Assembly (NCBI GenBank): GCA_046563655.1 | Contig: CM102286.1 | Span: forward strand, 5,890,001-5,954,000 | Source of the DNA: Yuukianura sp. NJ FZ-2021 | Taxonomy: Eukaryota | Reading direction: 5' to 3' | DNA length: 64,000 bases | Shown here: positions 38,601-51,871 of the stretch, piece by piece | Position numbering within the stretch: the first letter of the stretch is position 1 | Layout: every line of letters starts with the position of its first letter | Program-made: the position numbers and the translations under genes | The notes under the pieces: model-generated | Told to the model about the DNA's origin: nothing | What the model saw: only the letters and a program-made list of their open reading frames with translations | Databases searched by the model: none

Positions 38601-41600
38601 TTCGGAACTTTTGAACGGACGTCATTTTAGGTTTTTAGGTTAATACACTCATTCAGAAGTTTTCCAAAGTTGAATTCCTATTTCAAAGTTTCTCAAAAAT
38701 TATTGGCGCGCATGAACATGGACGAGACACCTTTCAAACAATTTTTTTTTGGCATTTGCAATTACCACTAAAAATTTGTAAAAAACCAATTTGAAAAAGT
38801 ATCTTTTGTTTTAATTCTTTTTTGTTCTATTTTCGTATTACAACTTTGGACTTTCTCCAAGTTAAACCAAAGACTTTGCAATTGTAGTTTATAAATTCTG
38901 TAGCTACCTTAGGCGAATCGCACGAGACTAGCGACTGACTGGTTTAAATTCTGGCAGAGTTTAAATTTTACCGGGCCAGACAGGGCTTAGTTTTGCGGTT
39001 CTGAGTTCCATCCAGTTTATTCGTGTTAATTTGAAATGGAACTCATCGTAGAGAGCAGTGCCAAAATGGTAGCCTTTCCTTTATCCTATATGAAATTTTA
39101 TCGAGACTTTTTAAATGCTTCGGTAAACTTAATCTTCGGACTTGTCGTAACTTACATTGTGATCTTAGGGGCTACTTGTCTGTTAAAACTTTTTTCAAAA
39201 AATTTTCTTAAAATCAGAAAGGCTTCTGCGCATTCCGGTTGCCCTGTTTGTGATTGTGCTTCTTATTCGGCGGACAGGTCGTTCAAGGTAAAATTTACTG
39301 CTTGTCATTTTCAAAATTCTATAAATTCAAACACGAAAACGTGACGCCTTGCTCACTGAAATTTCAAAATTTCATGTTGCTGTCACAGTTGATGCAAAAT
39401 TCGTTGAGTCTGAAAAATATTCGTCAGTTTTCCAATGACCTCTTAATTGAACGCTGTCAAGTCAAATATTTGTAATGAAAATTTTCAAGTTCCCTCACTT
39501 TTTTGAAAGTAACATCACATCATTACATTCCATTTTGTTTAGGTTGGGTTTCCATTTTTGTTGGTGCACGTAGGTAGCGTTGTTCAACTTTTGTACTTGT
39601 TAGGATGGGATTTGCCAAAGTAATTGTTTCTGGATTAGCAAATTCCTGAGGCTGAAGTGGAAATTTTTGCAAAGCCATTACGGAGCACTATCCCCGGCAG
39701 CTTTCAACTTTCTCAAACTTTAAAAGTGACGCCCATTCCATTCATTTGATCGTTAAACAGATTACGTTTTGAGGATTTTCGTAAGCTTTGGAATTTTAGC
39801 TGCTGGAGGATTTAACTTCAAATCCACACGCTAACAACAGTTGACGTACATCGTACCATCAATTACTTTCTGCTCACCAGACATCTCTGGTCTCATCTTC
39901 TCATTCAAAAAATACCCAATTTTTTTATGAGATTTTATTTTTTGGTGTGTACGGCAAGTACGTCAAGGTGAAATGACGTCAGGACGAATGGATCTTCAAG
40001 GACTAGAACAAGCGCTTTCAAAGCTCTTCTACGGCTTACTAAACGCATATTGTGTTTTGGAACACTAAACTTTGCATCCTCTCCTCCAATTCCTTTGTTC
40101 TGACTATAACTAAAAGCGTCTGATGGTCTGCTCAGGTTAGGTTAACTTACTAAATCCATTAGGTTTTGAAAGTTATACCCTAGTCTTCTTGTTTAAATCT
40201 ATACTCAACGCATGGTTTATTCTAAACTTGCGGTTTACCAAACTTTACTCGATACTGCCACTTTTTAGTTTCAACTAATTCTGGAATCCTTAGAAAAAAC
40301 AAGTTTAGACTCAATCTGAAATTTCTAAAATTGGACGCACAGTTTATAAAAGGCCGTTGTCATTTTAGTTGCTGGAGTCACTCAGTCAGGCGACCTTTCG
40401 TGACCAATTGCACGGTGGCTGTAACTTATTACGCCCATTCAGTGTTTTATGGCTTCATAACTTGTTTATAGTTGTAAACAAAATTGTTCGTAAAGTTAAC
40501 TTTATTGAAGTCAGAGGTCAAATAGCCTTGGATTGGGTCACTTCCTACCTCACTACTCAAAATACTAAAAGTTGTTTCTGAATTTCCGGAAGGAAGAAGA
40601 AACTTAACAACTTTGAATTTGTTAAACAAAGCTGACTTTTAGCGAGGTGAACTTGTAACTCGTGACGGCTGAAGTTTCCAATTTTTGGTTCATTATTCCA
40701 AGAAGGCGTCTGTCTCTAGGCCACTTCCTGAATCCTGACTACCTTGTGGTTTTTGCAAGAACTCACGCTGACATAAGTGCTAATTTGCCAAAGTGAATGT
40801 TCCAGTGCAAAAACCAGTAAAAAGTTAGGTTGTTCTAGCATAATCGTGAACAAAACTGGAGGATTTGGGCGTGTAGGGTGGTTGACGCAGGAAATTGGCA
40901 AACCCGCCCCTCTCTGGACAGGTTCTGCGTCGCATAGAATCCGGCACTTGCAAATCCAAGCTGGAACTGGAAGTGTGTAGCGTGTGGTGCAAAATCTGAC
41001 CGCCACTGGAGTGAAGGTCTTTGCAATCTACTCCATAGCAAGTGTCTTCCATTGGCCAATTCAAGTACTTTGGAAGGAGCTGTGCATCGCATATTCGCAA
41101 CATCATCAGCAAACCACTTTTTAGTCTGCTGTGGAGCTTTAGGCCAGAAGGTTGCATTTCCAATTGGCTTGGAGCAAATAAGAGGAGAAATTCGCAAGTT
41201 GGTGCAAAAATTTAGTTTGGTTTGGCATCCTTTTTTTCTGGAAGCGTCACGCACCTCTTCCAGAAATTCGTTGTTTACTCACCAAAAAGCAAAACGGATC
41301 CAGTTTAAGCAATGCAGCTCAAAGTCCTTAAAGTTATCAATTTTAATTTCACACAACCAATCAAACGGCGCCGAGCAAGTTTCAATGTCAACTGCAGTCA
41401 AGAGGCCTTGAGTACTACTAACTATATTCCAGAGGTAAATTCAAAACATTGTTGAGTAAATTAACGCTAGGTCTTGACCTCGATACACATAAAACACTTT
41501 GGTAAATTTCAAAATCAGTTTGACCTTTAGTCGTTGACCTCGCGCCGTTGGCATCTTTACAACTATTTGGAAATCAAAGTATTTCAAGTGCAACATTAAT

Positions 41601-44600
41601 AAGTTGCATGTTGGTTTTGTCTATTACGAAACTTTATTGTCTTTAATGTAATATTTGTTGTAACTTGAGTGCTCCCTTTTGCAAAAATTTGCAATAATTC
41701 AACCACGTTTGGAAAGAGTGGGTTGAATTGCACACGCGTTTAGGTACACGAGGATGCATTGGTAGGCATTTGTTAAATTCATTAAGTTTTAAAGTTTACG
41801 TTTACGTGTTTGAAATTAACCTTAACATTCTACAATTTTCCATAAGAATTAAAACTGTAATGCACGTACGTTCAGCATTTACGTATCATAGCATACAAGT
41901 ACTTCTATCGTCAGATTATTCTATCGCAATGATAACATACAAACATGATTACAACAAAACGACATAGGTAATAGACATAAGCTTCTGTTCATATTGTGTC
42001 ATTTAGGTTGAAGTTTAGGCTAAAGTCATTAATTGCTTTCATTGTGTCGTCATTTCTACAATTATCACCAAATGTTAAGTGTTTCGTGATCACCTAAGGC
42101 TTTATCTCACCTTAACCTAACTAACCTAACTGCTAAGGACATTACAGACTGACTGACTGAGTGGGCGACGTTTACTGCCGACATTTGACTTTATTTGTCC
42201 TTTGGACATCCACTCATTTTTGTGGTTATTCCTAACCTATCCTGTTGCTCTTCAAATGACATTGAAAAAAACAATCAAGGACAAACCAGTCGTGGGAATA
42301 ATCAAATGGGCATTCCCTCGCCCTAAACACATTTTTGTTAGCCAAACCAAAACTTTACCATGCAACATCACTGGACCGTCCTGTCCAGAACAAACCAAAT
42401 CCAGATTCCATTGTCATTTTTCAATTGTCATGTGACAAGTACTAACAAAACAAAAAATTATTGACGTAGAGCATTAATATTCCAACCCTCAACTTTTAGT
42501 GTATATTTTACTGCAGAATTTAGATTTTAGTTTCACGAGAATGGATTAATGGCATGCCACAACATGGTTACTCAACTTTCTAAAGTCATGGAAGACGTAG
42601 ATATTTGCACATGATCACGTGAATATTTGCCTATGGAATGATTAGCACATCTCAAGATTGGTTTGTACCTATTGTTCTTTTCAAAATTTCAGGTGAATAG
42701 CATCCTCCTGTTGTCAGAATTTCAATGACTCTGAAAAAGTCTAATACGGAATACATTTGTACGTGTGTTGACACTAAAATTTAACCTTTAACTTTCGAAA
42801 TGTTAACCTCTCGGTACCATCCTTTCGCAACTGTCGTTAAATTTAACGATCCGAAACTGATACGAATTTTAAAGACACTAAAATTAAAAACACTGAAAAG
42901 CTAATGTTTGGCTCCAACTGGATTTTTCTGGACACGTTTGAATGTATTGAGTATTCCTGGGTAGGGTTGCTCGTGTCTAAAATTAACACGAGAAGACTAT
43001 GATTAACGTCTATCTTTGGTTTAAGGTTATTAGGACTTTTTCGGCCTCATCACCTCGCCTTAAAATGTAAGCTTCGGTAGAAGAATTTCCATTTTTGACA
43101 CATTTTAAAAAGCGGGAATTTCAAACTCTAAAAATAGAAGTTACAGCGATTGCAGAATCTTGTGGACAGACTAATCCAGAATTGTAATGAATTCAGTCTA
43201 CGTCTATGACGAAATGAATTGGGAAATAATCCAGAGCACACTTTCCAAATTTTTGGTTCATCACCTTTAGCACAAGCACTGATCCATATTAATTTTGGTA
43301 ACGCTAAACACTTGCTCTTACTTGCAACTTTTATAATGTCTACATCCCATATAGTTTTGACAATTATTTACAACCATACAGTATAAATAATATAGCTTGC
43401 TATTTAGTGAAGCTTAAAGCTTAACAAATCATGTAAAAGTGAAAGCAAACGTCTGTCATGCATTCATTTCCTCATTTTCATATAAATTAGAAATTATACG
43501 CCCACAAAACTATTTTTTTTGTAATTTTTTCCAATTTGATTTTGTAAGTTTTGCCAATTCCATTTATTTGGCTCCAATTGACACAAATTCCAAATGAACT
43601 ATTTCATAATTCAGAAAAATTTCAGAAATTCAGAATAATGAAATCAATAAGTGAGGATGACACACGCATAGTAGACAGCTTCAACCTAAATTCTAATGTT
43701 TATGGTCTACTGTCACGATTCAGTGTCTGGTAGCGTACTGAAACTTATCCATGACATGAATGACACACTTTCGTTACATTGATTTTTTGTATAATAACAT
43801 TTCTTTGACACCGAAAACCTTGAATGGACCTTGCTATAGTCTAAACGTTATGTTCCCAATAACCTAATCTTTTTTGCACTTATGATGACTAGGAAAATTA
43901 TGAGTCAATGCAAGATGATATTGTTCTAGGAATGACACATTTGTAAATCATTTGCTAAAGTGGATGTCATTTGTTCACTTCATTCTCATCATAAGTCAGG
44001 GTCAATCGTTCAGCTTTAAAAACAATTGTTTCAAATTTTTGAATTTTGGAAATTCTATTGTACAATGTTGTACAAGCGCATGCAGTATGCGTATGCGTTC
44101 GAGGTAGGTTTGATTAGTTTGGTAAGCACGACGTTATTTTGTGAAATATTGAGCTTGTAGCTACAAGGATCTTCAGTGGTAGTGCCTGGTGTAGAAGGTC
44201 AACTGGATTATTGATTGAATTTGACCTTTGGGAAATTTTTTGTTTTTTCAGGATGGAGATAATTACAACACATCACCTACGCTAGGAGGTCGATTTCGTT
44301 CCAGCAGAGACAAAAATGATTATGAAAAAGAAGCTGGATTGAGTGGACTACGAAACATTGGAAACACGGTAAGCTGCCTTACGAAAAAACAACTACAATG
44401 GAAAACTATTTTCCGATAATGGAAATTGACCCTGACCATATTTCCACTGAACGGTTTTGTCAAAATTGATTAAACATTGATTTTGTGTGTGTGTTTTTTC
44501 AGTGCTTTATGAACTCTGTACTTCAATGCCTGTCAAATACGAAGCCATTGCTGGAATACATTGTTCGCAAAAATTATTCGAGTGATATAAACAACACCAC

Positions 44601-45698
44601 GTCAGCAATGAAGGGAGCTCTGATGAGAGGTAGCGTATGACCACCAAAAAATTATGAATTTTGAAATTTTTGAAATTATCAAAAATGTGTACTTTTGCTT
44701 GTAGCTTTCGCTGATTTGTGTCTTGAGCTCTGGCGTGAGTCAAAGTCGACAGTGGACACTTCTGCCTTTAAAGATCAAGTTCAAAGATTCGCGCCTCGAT
44801 TCATGGGCTACAGTCAGCAAGATGCTCAGGAATTTCTACGTTACCTTCTAGAAGGACTACATGAGGATATCAACAGAGTTGACACCAAACCACCTCCCAT
44901 TTTGACTGAAATCGATGATTCGCTGAGGTAAAGGTTTTGAAAAATCGAACTTTTTCGAAATTTTTTACTGATTCTCCTTTTCTTCTTAGCGATTCCAACA
45001 AAGCTGCTCAAAGCTGGAAACGATACCTCAGATGTGACGATTCAAGAGTCGTAGACCTGTTTGTTGGTCAACTCAAAAGTTCGCTCAAATGTACCACTTG
45101 TGGCCACTGCTCCGTGACCTTTGACCCCTTCTGGGACCTATCTTTGCCCATCCCCAGCAAAACCGGGCAGGTCAAACTGTCTCAATGCCTAGAATTGTTC
45201 ACCAAGGAAGAAATCTTGGACGGAGATGAGAAACCGACCTGTTCAAAATGTGCTACACGCCGAAAATGTACCAAGAGTTTTAGTATTCAAAAGTTTCCCA
45301 AAATCTTGGTAATCCATTTGAAGCGATTCTCTCCAACGGAGAGATACCGCGGAAAGCTCAGCACGAGCGTCGACTTCCCATTGGTTGGACTAGACATGAC
45401 GCCGTACGCTGCTAGTCGTTCTACTGGCTGCGTCTATAACTTATACGGAGTCGCTAACCATTCGGGGTCAACGTACTCGGGTCACTACGTCGCTTATTGT
45501 AAACATCCGTACACTGGAGACTGGCATTGCTACAATGATTCTCGGTAAGTTCTTATACTCCAAGCATTTTCAAAAACATTTTGTTGAAATTTTGTTTCAT
45601 TCCTTTTTTTCTACAGCGTATCTCCCATCTCTAGCCAAAGCGTCGTCTCGAGTGATGGCTACCTCCTGTTTTATGAACTTACAAACTCCTCTGATTAA
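35656..45698 (+). CDS. Usp2: USP2-like ubiquitin-specific protease (peptidase C19); exons 35656-37539, 44252-44368, 44503-44629, 44705-44927, 44990-45544, 45617-45698
   Basis: Cys box [48 protein letters not shown], His box [30 protein letters not shown] 628-aa Ser-rich N-terminal exon ends AAT|gtaagt in phase 0. Confidence 0.9.
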
Positions 45699-47281
45699 CT
45701 AGTAGCAACACTTTTCGCCAAAATCAGAGATGCTCCACTTCGTTTAAGTCACGTGAGATCAAAGACACTGCTCCTACCGTACCTCAAGCAAACTGCGCAG
45801 ACGCATCACTTCAAAAGCACATGTTTCGTAGACTGTATTTTTTTAGTAAGAATTGAAAAATTGTAAACAAAATGTAAAATTTTGACCAATACGGTCTGTA
45901 GCGCCTATATGAGAATCTAAAACAGAACTACTGCCTCCTTCACAATAACCTTCAAAAACTTGTTTCGATCCAGTCAAAATACGAATTTAAGAAAAAATTG
46001 TATAACTTTATTCAAAAAACACGTTTAGCTACTAACAAAGATGTACCTTTGCGGAGTTTCTAGTTTTAAAAGAAAATGTCCATGCGCAGACGCTGTACTA
46101 CAACTTAAATAGGCAAAAGGCACAGAGCTGCTCCAGTATTTTTAAAATGAGCGAAGAGTCACAAGTCAAGTAAAAAAAATTGCAAAATCCAGCCAGGCAA
46201 AAATCTGCGCAAGCTCCAAAACGTAAACCTTACTGTTGTGCACCGCTAGCAAAACAGGATTGTGATAATAACTTAATTAAATGTGTTTAAATTATTAATT
46301 ATAATTTAAGCTTAAAAATTGAGAATCTGAGACAGGAAACGAGTGCTTGCCCTTTTTTGACTTTGTGATCAGCAACACGATAATTTCGAGATATAACGAG
46401 AATCATTACATTTAGCAATGGACTTGTTATAGACATAGGAAGGTCAGATGGTCATTGACCTTGAAGAGGTCAACAGTAGTCTTAAGCAGAAGAACCTAAT
46501 TGCGCAGAGCTAAGATCACTAAAGTAGTAATTGTAATTTATGTTAAATTTCGTTTATTTAATTTGTAAATATTAGTGTTTACCAATTCAATGCATAAAAG
46601 GATAAAAGACTGAACATTTTGTTGCAGTTAAGTTATCCAAAGTTTTCTTTGTACTTAAGTTAAATTTAATGAATTAATTACACGATTCAACTAATTTTTT
46701 TTTTAAAATACGATTTCTGCAATACAGAAATTAGCATGAAAGTTTTCCTGTTTTGGTTTGAAAACAAAAATTAATTGGTTCTAAACTAATTTCTAAACAG
46801 TGCTGGTGCAGGTCTTAATGTTATTGGTAGTTAGTTAACTTTCACTTCGATTTAAATTTAAGGTTAACTCAATTTCCTTGTACACCGACTTTGTGCTCCA
46901 GTTAGGTTAAGTTGTGTGAAATACTATAAGAAGTACACACAGGAATCAGAATGAGAAGAATTCAGTTGAATAAAAAAAATATTGAATCATTTTGATAAAA
47001 TATTTTTGTTAAAATTTTTGAATTTGTTGCAAATTTTCTTCTAAACGTAGTTGTACTGTAACGATTTTGCAATTTTTTCCTTTGTTGTGCTCTGATCATA
47101 GAAAACCCTCGGTTAGATTTTTACAAGTAATAAGAAGTGCGTAAGTGATTTGCATCGATCTGCCCCTGCGCCTTGTTTGTCAACTTTTCGCTTTCTCCAA
47201 CTTTCACTTTTCTGAAAAAGGGAGTGGATTGTCAGTGACTAGGTGATCTAGAACCTGCCAACATCATCTGAGCCTTCCAGA

Positions 47282-49459
47282 ATGTCCATTCCACGCCCGT
47301 CTCTCCAAACGCTAGCCAGCAACTGCTTTCTCGGGGTCAAAGAACGTGTCACTGCTTGTGTAGGAAAACTAAGCAGAAGTGGTGAAAACATCGACTTCAT
47401 CAAACGGAGAAAGTCAGAGGGCAATGAACTCCAGGATTTTGGATCCATCAAGAGACGAGAGTCGAGTTTTGAAGGGGAGTTCGGGGGTGGGGACAAAATC
47501 ACGGAATGGCAGGCAGGCTGGAATGTCACGAATGCAATTCAGGCAAGGACAAAAGGCATTGTTTTTACCAGTTGTTCCTAATTTTTCAAAAAAAAAAATC
47601 AAACCCAAAGAAATACATGCTTACTTTTCCTGCTATATTCTTACAGTTACGCCTTTTTCTAAAGAAAAAGCAAAACCAATTTGAAGGCATTACTGGCAGA
47701 ATTAAATTTTTCTCTGAAAGTTTTTGTAGAACTTTCGAAAATTAAAGGGCAACTTTAAAACACTGACTGAGTCGAACAAGCAATTTTCAAATTTTTGATT
47801 TTTTTTTACGTTTTAGGGAATGTTTTTGGTGTCACTCCCGTATGCGGTTTTGCATGGAGGCTACTGGGCTATCATCGCCATGATTGGTGTAGCCTGGATT
47901 TGTTGCTACACTGGGAAGATCCTTGTCGAATGTTTATATGAACCTGACGCCAACGGTGTTATGCAGCGTGTGCGGGACTCGTATGTCTCCATTGCCAAGG
48001 AATGCTTCGGAGAGAGATATGGACCCATTGTTGTCAACACTGCCCAATGCATCGAACTCCTCATGACTTGTATCCTGTACATTGTCCTATGTGGAGACCT
48101 CATGATAGGTTAGTAATTTCCCACAATAGATGTCTCTCAAGTCTGGTTTAATGAGAAACTGAAATCTCTTTATGCTGTTTACTCTAGGTACTTTTCCAAC
48201 GTCACCAGTCGATGCTCGGTCATGGATGATGATCTGTGGGATGGCGTTGATTCCGTGTGCATTTTTGAAAAACTTGCATCACGTTTCAACGCTCAGTTTC
48301 TGGTGCACTGTGGCTCACTTCCTGATCAATCTGATCGTGGTGGCATACTGTCTGTCGTGTATTGGGCATTGGGGTTGGGGTCAGGTTTCATTTTCATTGG
48401 ATATGGAAACTTTCCCCATCAGCCTCGGAATTATTGTCTTCAGCTACACTTCACACATCTTCCTGCCCACGCTTGAAGGGAACATGATTGAACCAGAGAA
48501 ATTCGGACGGATGTTGGATTGGAGTCACTATGCTGCGGCAGCATTCAAATCTGGATTCGGTTATATAGCTTTCCTTACTTGGCAGAAAAGTACAATGCAG
48601 GTCTGTTTTGATCGGTCAAGCCAAGGTTTTTTGTTTGGAACGAATTTTTTCCTAAACAGGACTTATTGCCAAACCTCTTAAAGCAAAACAATTTCGTTGC
48701 TATAGCAACCTTGGGTCAAGCAGCAAAAGCGCTCGGACTTTGATCATGCTCAAAGTACACATGCGTAATTAGTCGGAATTTTTTAATTCTTTTGAGATTC
48801 TAGGCTAGCAGCACTGCCACAAGTTTCATAAAAAATTTTTTGAAGTGAAAAGCCAAAAAATTTTTCGAATGATTGCTCCCCATGCAACAAAATCGTTGTT
48901 GTGTTCTGCAATTTTGAATGAGCTTGAAAATAGAAATGTGCCTAAAAACTGTTTTCGAAAATATGAAAACCGCTTTTTGTTTTTCGTTTTTTAGGTAATA
49001 ACAAACAACCTACCCACTTTTTGGAAATCTCTCGTAAATCTGATTCTGGTGATGAAAGCCGTACTATCCTACCCACTGCCGTTCTACGCTGCAGCAAATC
49101 TTTTACAGAAAATCACGTTCAAGAATTCAACCAAGTACAGCGTCTACGACAAAGAAAAAAGTTTAACCACGATCGGTTGCGTCTTCCGTGTAGCCATTGT
49201 AGTCGTTACAATTCTAATGGCCGTTAGCATTCCCCATTTCAGTATTCTAATGGGATTCATTGGTAACTTTACCGGGACGATGCTCAGCTTCATCTGGCCC
49301 AGTTACTTTCACCTTAAGCTCAAGGGAAATGGCCTGAGTCTTCATGTAGTCGCAGTCGACTGTTTTATCATCTTTCTCGGCTTTTTGTTTGCAATTGTTG
49401 GAATTTACGACAGTGGAAAAGCCATGGTGGAGGCATATGCTATTGGCCTCCCATTTTAA
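47282..49459 (+). CDS. VGAT: Vesicular GABA / inhibitory amino-acid transporter (SLC32A1/unc-47); exons 47282-47542, 47817-48108, 48188-48600, 48995-49459
   Basis: KITEWQAGWNVTNAIQ|GMFLVSLPYAVLHGGYW, CCYTGKILVECLYE, ELLMTCILYIVLCGDL, FPISLGIIVFSYTSHIFLPTLEGNM, VITNNLP, KAVLSYPLPFYAA, IPHFSILMGFIGNFTGTMLSFIWP. Confidence 0.95.
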
Positions 49460-50875
49460 AAACAGTTCATTTTTGCAACTCCCCTTCTACTTCAGATCTT
49501 TTGCAAAGATCATAAATAATATTACGCGAACTTAGACAAGAAAAGTAAGGAAAACGAGTCTTCCATTTATGGCTTCCAAAAATATATAAAAATGTAAAAT
49601 TAAGAGAAACTTTTAGGATTTTTAGGACTCTAAGGTTATTGTTAACTTGTACTTTAATTTGAAACGTGTGTCATAAATAGTTCGGTTAAATGAACAAGTT
49701 TTCCTTTGTGGAAAAAAGGAGACGTGAAGATGAGCAATATCTCTGTAAATTGTACAACTTCAAACAGTAAACTTAAAAAAGTGACCTCGGCTGTGACCTC
49801 TACAGTCGTTCACCTTCAAATGTAAAATTAACGTTGAAAGTCTTCCAAAGTGACACTAAACATGTCTTCCAGCGATTCTCATTGTTAGTTATAAGAAGAT
49901 TAATAGAAGTGAATAGTTGACATGATCAATTGTATAAGTCAATGTCCTAGAATCCGTGTGCTTGTCACACCTAAGAATTGTGAGTGTAAGTTAACGTTGT
50001 GTCATGCATCTGCTTGTGATACGAATCAGATCCTGGCATCCTGTCTTCCAATTATAAATTATAGATGATTTTCTATGGTCTCCTGAAATGGTTTTCAAAT
50101 GTGGATCTCTGACAATAAAGAATTCAAAACATATTGAAATTTGACACTGAAATTTATTGTTTCTATTTTAACCTGTTCCAACAGCCATGAATATTGGTGA
50201 GGATTTCAACTGACAGGCTTTGGGGAAGTATACTATGTCACAGTCACAGGCGTGATTGGTACCCGAAGTAAGTGATGATCATTAGCTTTCCCTGGATATT
50301 TCGTTAGCAACATTTCACAAAAGTCCCACACATTTGTCCCTTTCTATAGTTTTTGCAAAAGGTAGAATAACGAATAGTTCAATCAAGGAAACTTAAACAA
50401 AATCAAGGTGGGTAAACAAATAAACAAATTGTTTATTCTACACCAGGTTATTCAGTAAGTCGATGTTTTTAATTTTCTCAAATAATTTGCAAAACTTGCG
50501 TCGCCGTGCCCTGCTATGGTAATGATTTGTATGTAATTTAATAGGAATTGGAGGAAAATTGGAGGAAAAAATTGTTTTCTTCCAAAAATTTTGAAGTAGG
50601 GAGGTACTGAATAACCTGGTGTAGCAAATACAACTTGTTGTATTTTGGTTGTCAAGGCACCTTGAACAAAATCAACCACGACATTGCAATTAACTTAAAT
50701 GTTTTTAATAAAATGCAACAAATTAATATTGTTGTTTTATTACTAATTTGTTTTAACTACTTTTTCAATTAAAGGTAACCTTCGGAATAAAATTTTTATT
50801 AGTCTGTGCAAGGTGTGCCCACGAAATATTCATACAACGTTAATTTATGTAGAAGCAATGTTGTATTAGAATTCG

Positions 50876-51871
50876 TTAATTGCTGGATGAGGAAATAATT
50901 TGACTGTTATGTTTTGCCATGCACGTCTCCCGGACTGACTGAATGAATCCGTAAGGAATTGGCGGATCCAGTTGTTGGAAATCAGGAATCAACCACGGGT
51001 TATCCCAAGTTCCTTGCACGTCAAGGCAAAACGCAGCCCCACCATAGTCGTCCTCATTGTAGACTGTCCAATCCGGGTGACTTTCGAATGGTATAATAAT
51101 TGCCGACTCGTGCGTACTATTAACAAGACTGCCAGTACTTTCATACACTGTTTCCTTCGTCCCTCTAAAGTTTTGCAGAGCGAAAAAGTCAATTGAGTCA
51201 TAGGTCCTGCCACTGTAATAGGCGTTATACCCTACTGCTCGTAGAGAACTGACAATTCCTGAGGTTTCGTTTAAATTCTTGCAAGCGTAGGTTTTAGATT
51301 GAACGTACTCCACGGCAGCGCGACGGTTGTAGTAGTTGTAGTTTTCCAAATCATAAAACAAGTATCTGAATTCAAATTACAACAATAATTTGTTTGAATT
51401 TATTTCTAAGCCAGCAAACTTGATTTTGACCAAGTGTGTTTTACCTTAGAAAGTTTACGAAACGTACTACGTACTACTACTAATTTACGAAAGGTAATTA
51501 GAAAGTTCACGTTAACAAACGAAAATTTTCCTTTGTTGTGACATGAAGGGTATTACGTACTAATTTTCGATATCTTACTGTGGGAAATGCAATACGCATA
51601 CAGTCAATACCGAATGCTAAAATTATTCGCCTTAATGGTTTCTTCAGCCAAAATTGAATTATGAGACTTACGCAGCTTCAACTTTGACACTGTGAACGAC
51701 GTTGCTGAATCCAATCTCTCCCAAGTCAACATACTCCAGTTCTTCGAGCGTATAAAAGACACCAGTACAATCGTAGCCACTGTAAAGTCTGAGCTGGTGT
51801 ATGTATTCAGAACAATGTATGCTATTCAAAATATATCCCAGACAAAGCACGAGCAAATTCAGTAGCTGCAT
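50876..51871 (-). CDS. Secreted beta/gamma-crystallin-like (Greek key) protein; exons 51871-51672, 51365-50876
   Basis: Signal peptide MQLLNLLVLCLGYILNSIHC. Repeated Greek-key-like motifs LRLYSGYDCTG..FSNVVHSVKV, LFYDLENY..VSSLRAV, FFALQNFRG, WTVYNEDDYGG..IQSVR. In-phase GC|gtaagt ... ttcag|A junction. Confidence 0.7.

Noticed and set aside
40716..41411. Several overlapping 67-139 aa ORFs on both strands inside the USP2 intron as a nested gene
   Set aside because: No recognisable domain or coherent splice model; more likely promoter or 5'UTR sequence of an alternative exon.
42110..42131. TTAGG/CCTAA-like tracts (also ~9760, 40135, 58780, 61075) as interstitial telomeres
   Set aside because: Only 2-3 imperfect units each, a common low-complexity motif; used only as a weak taxonomic hint.
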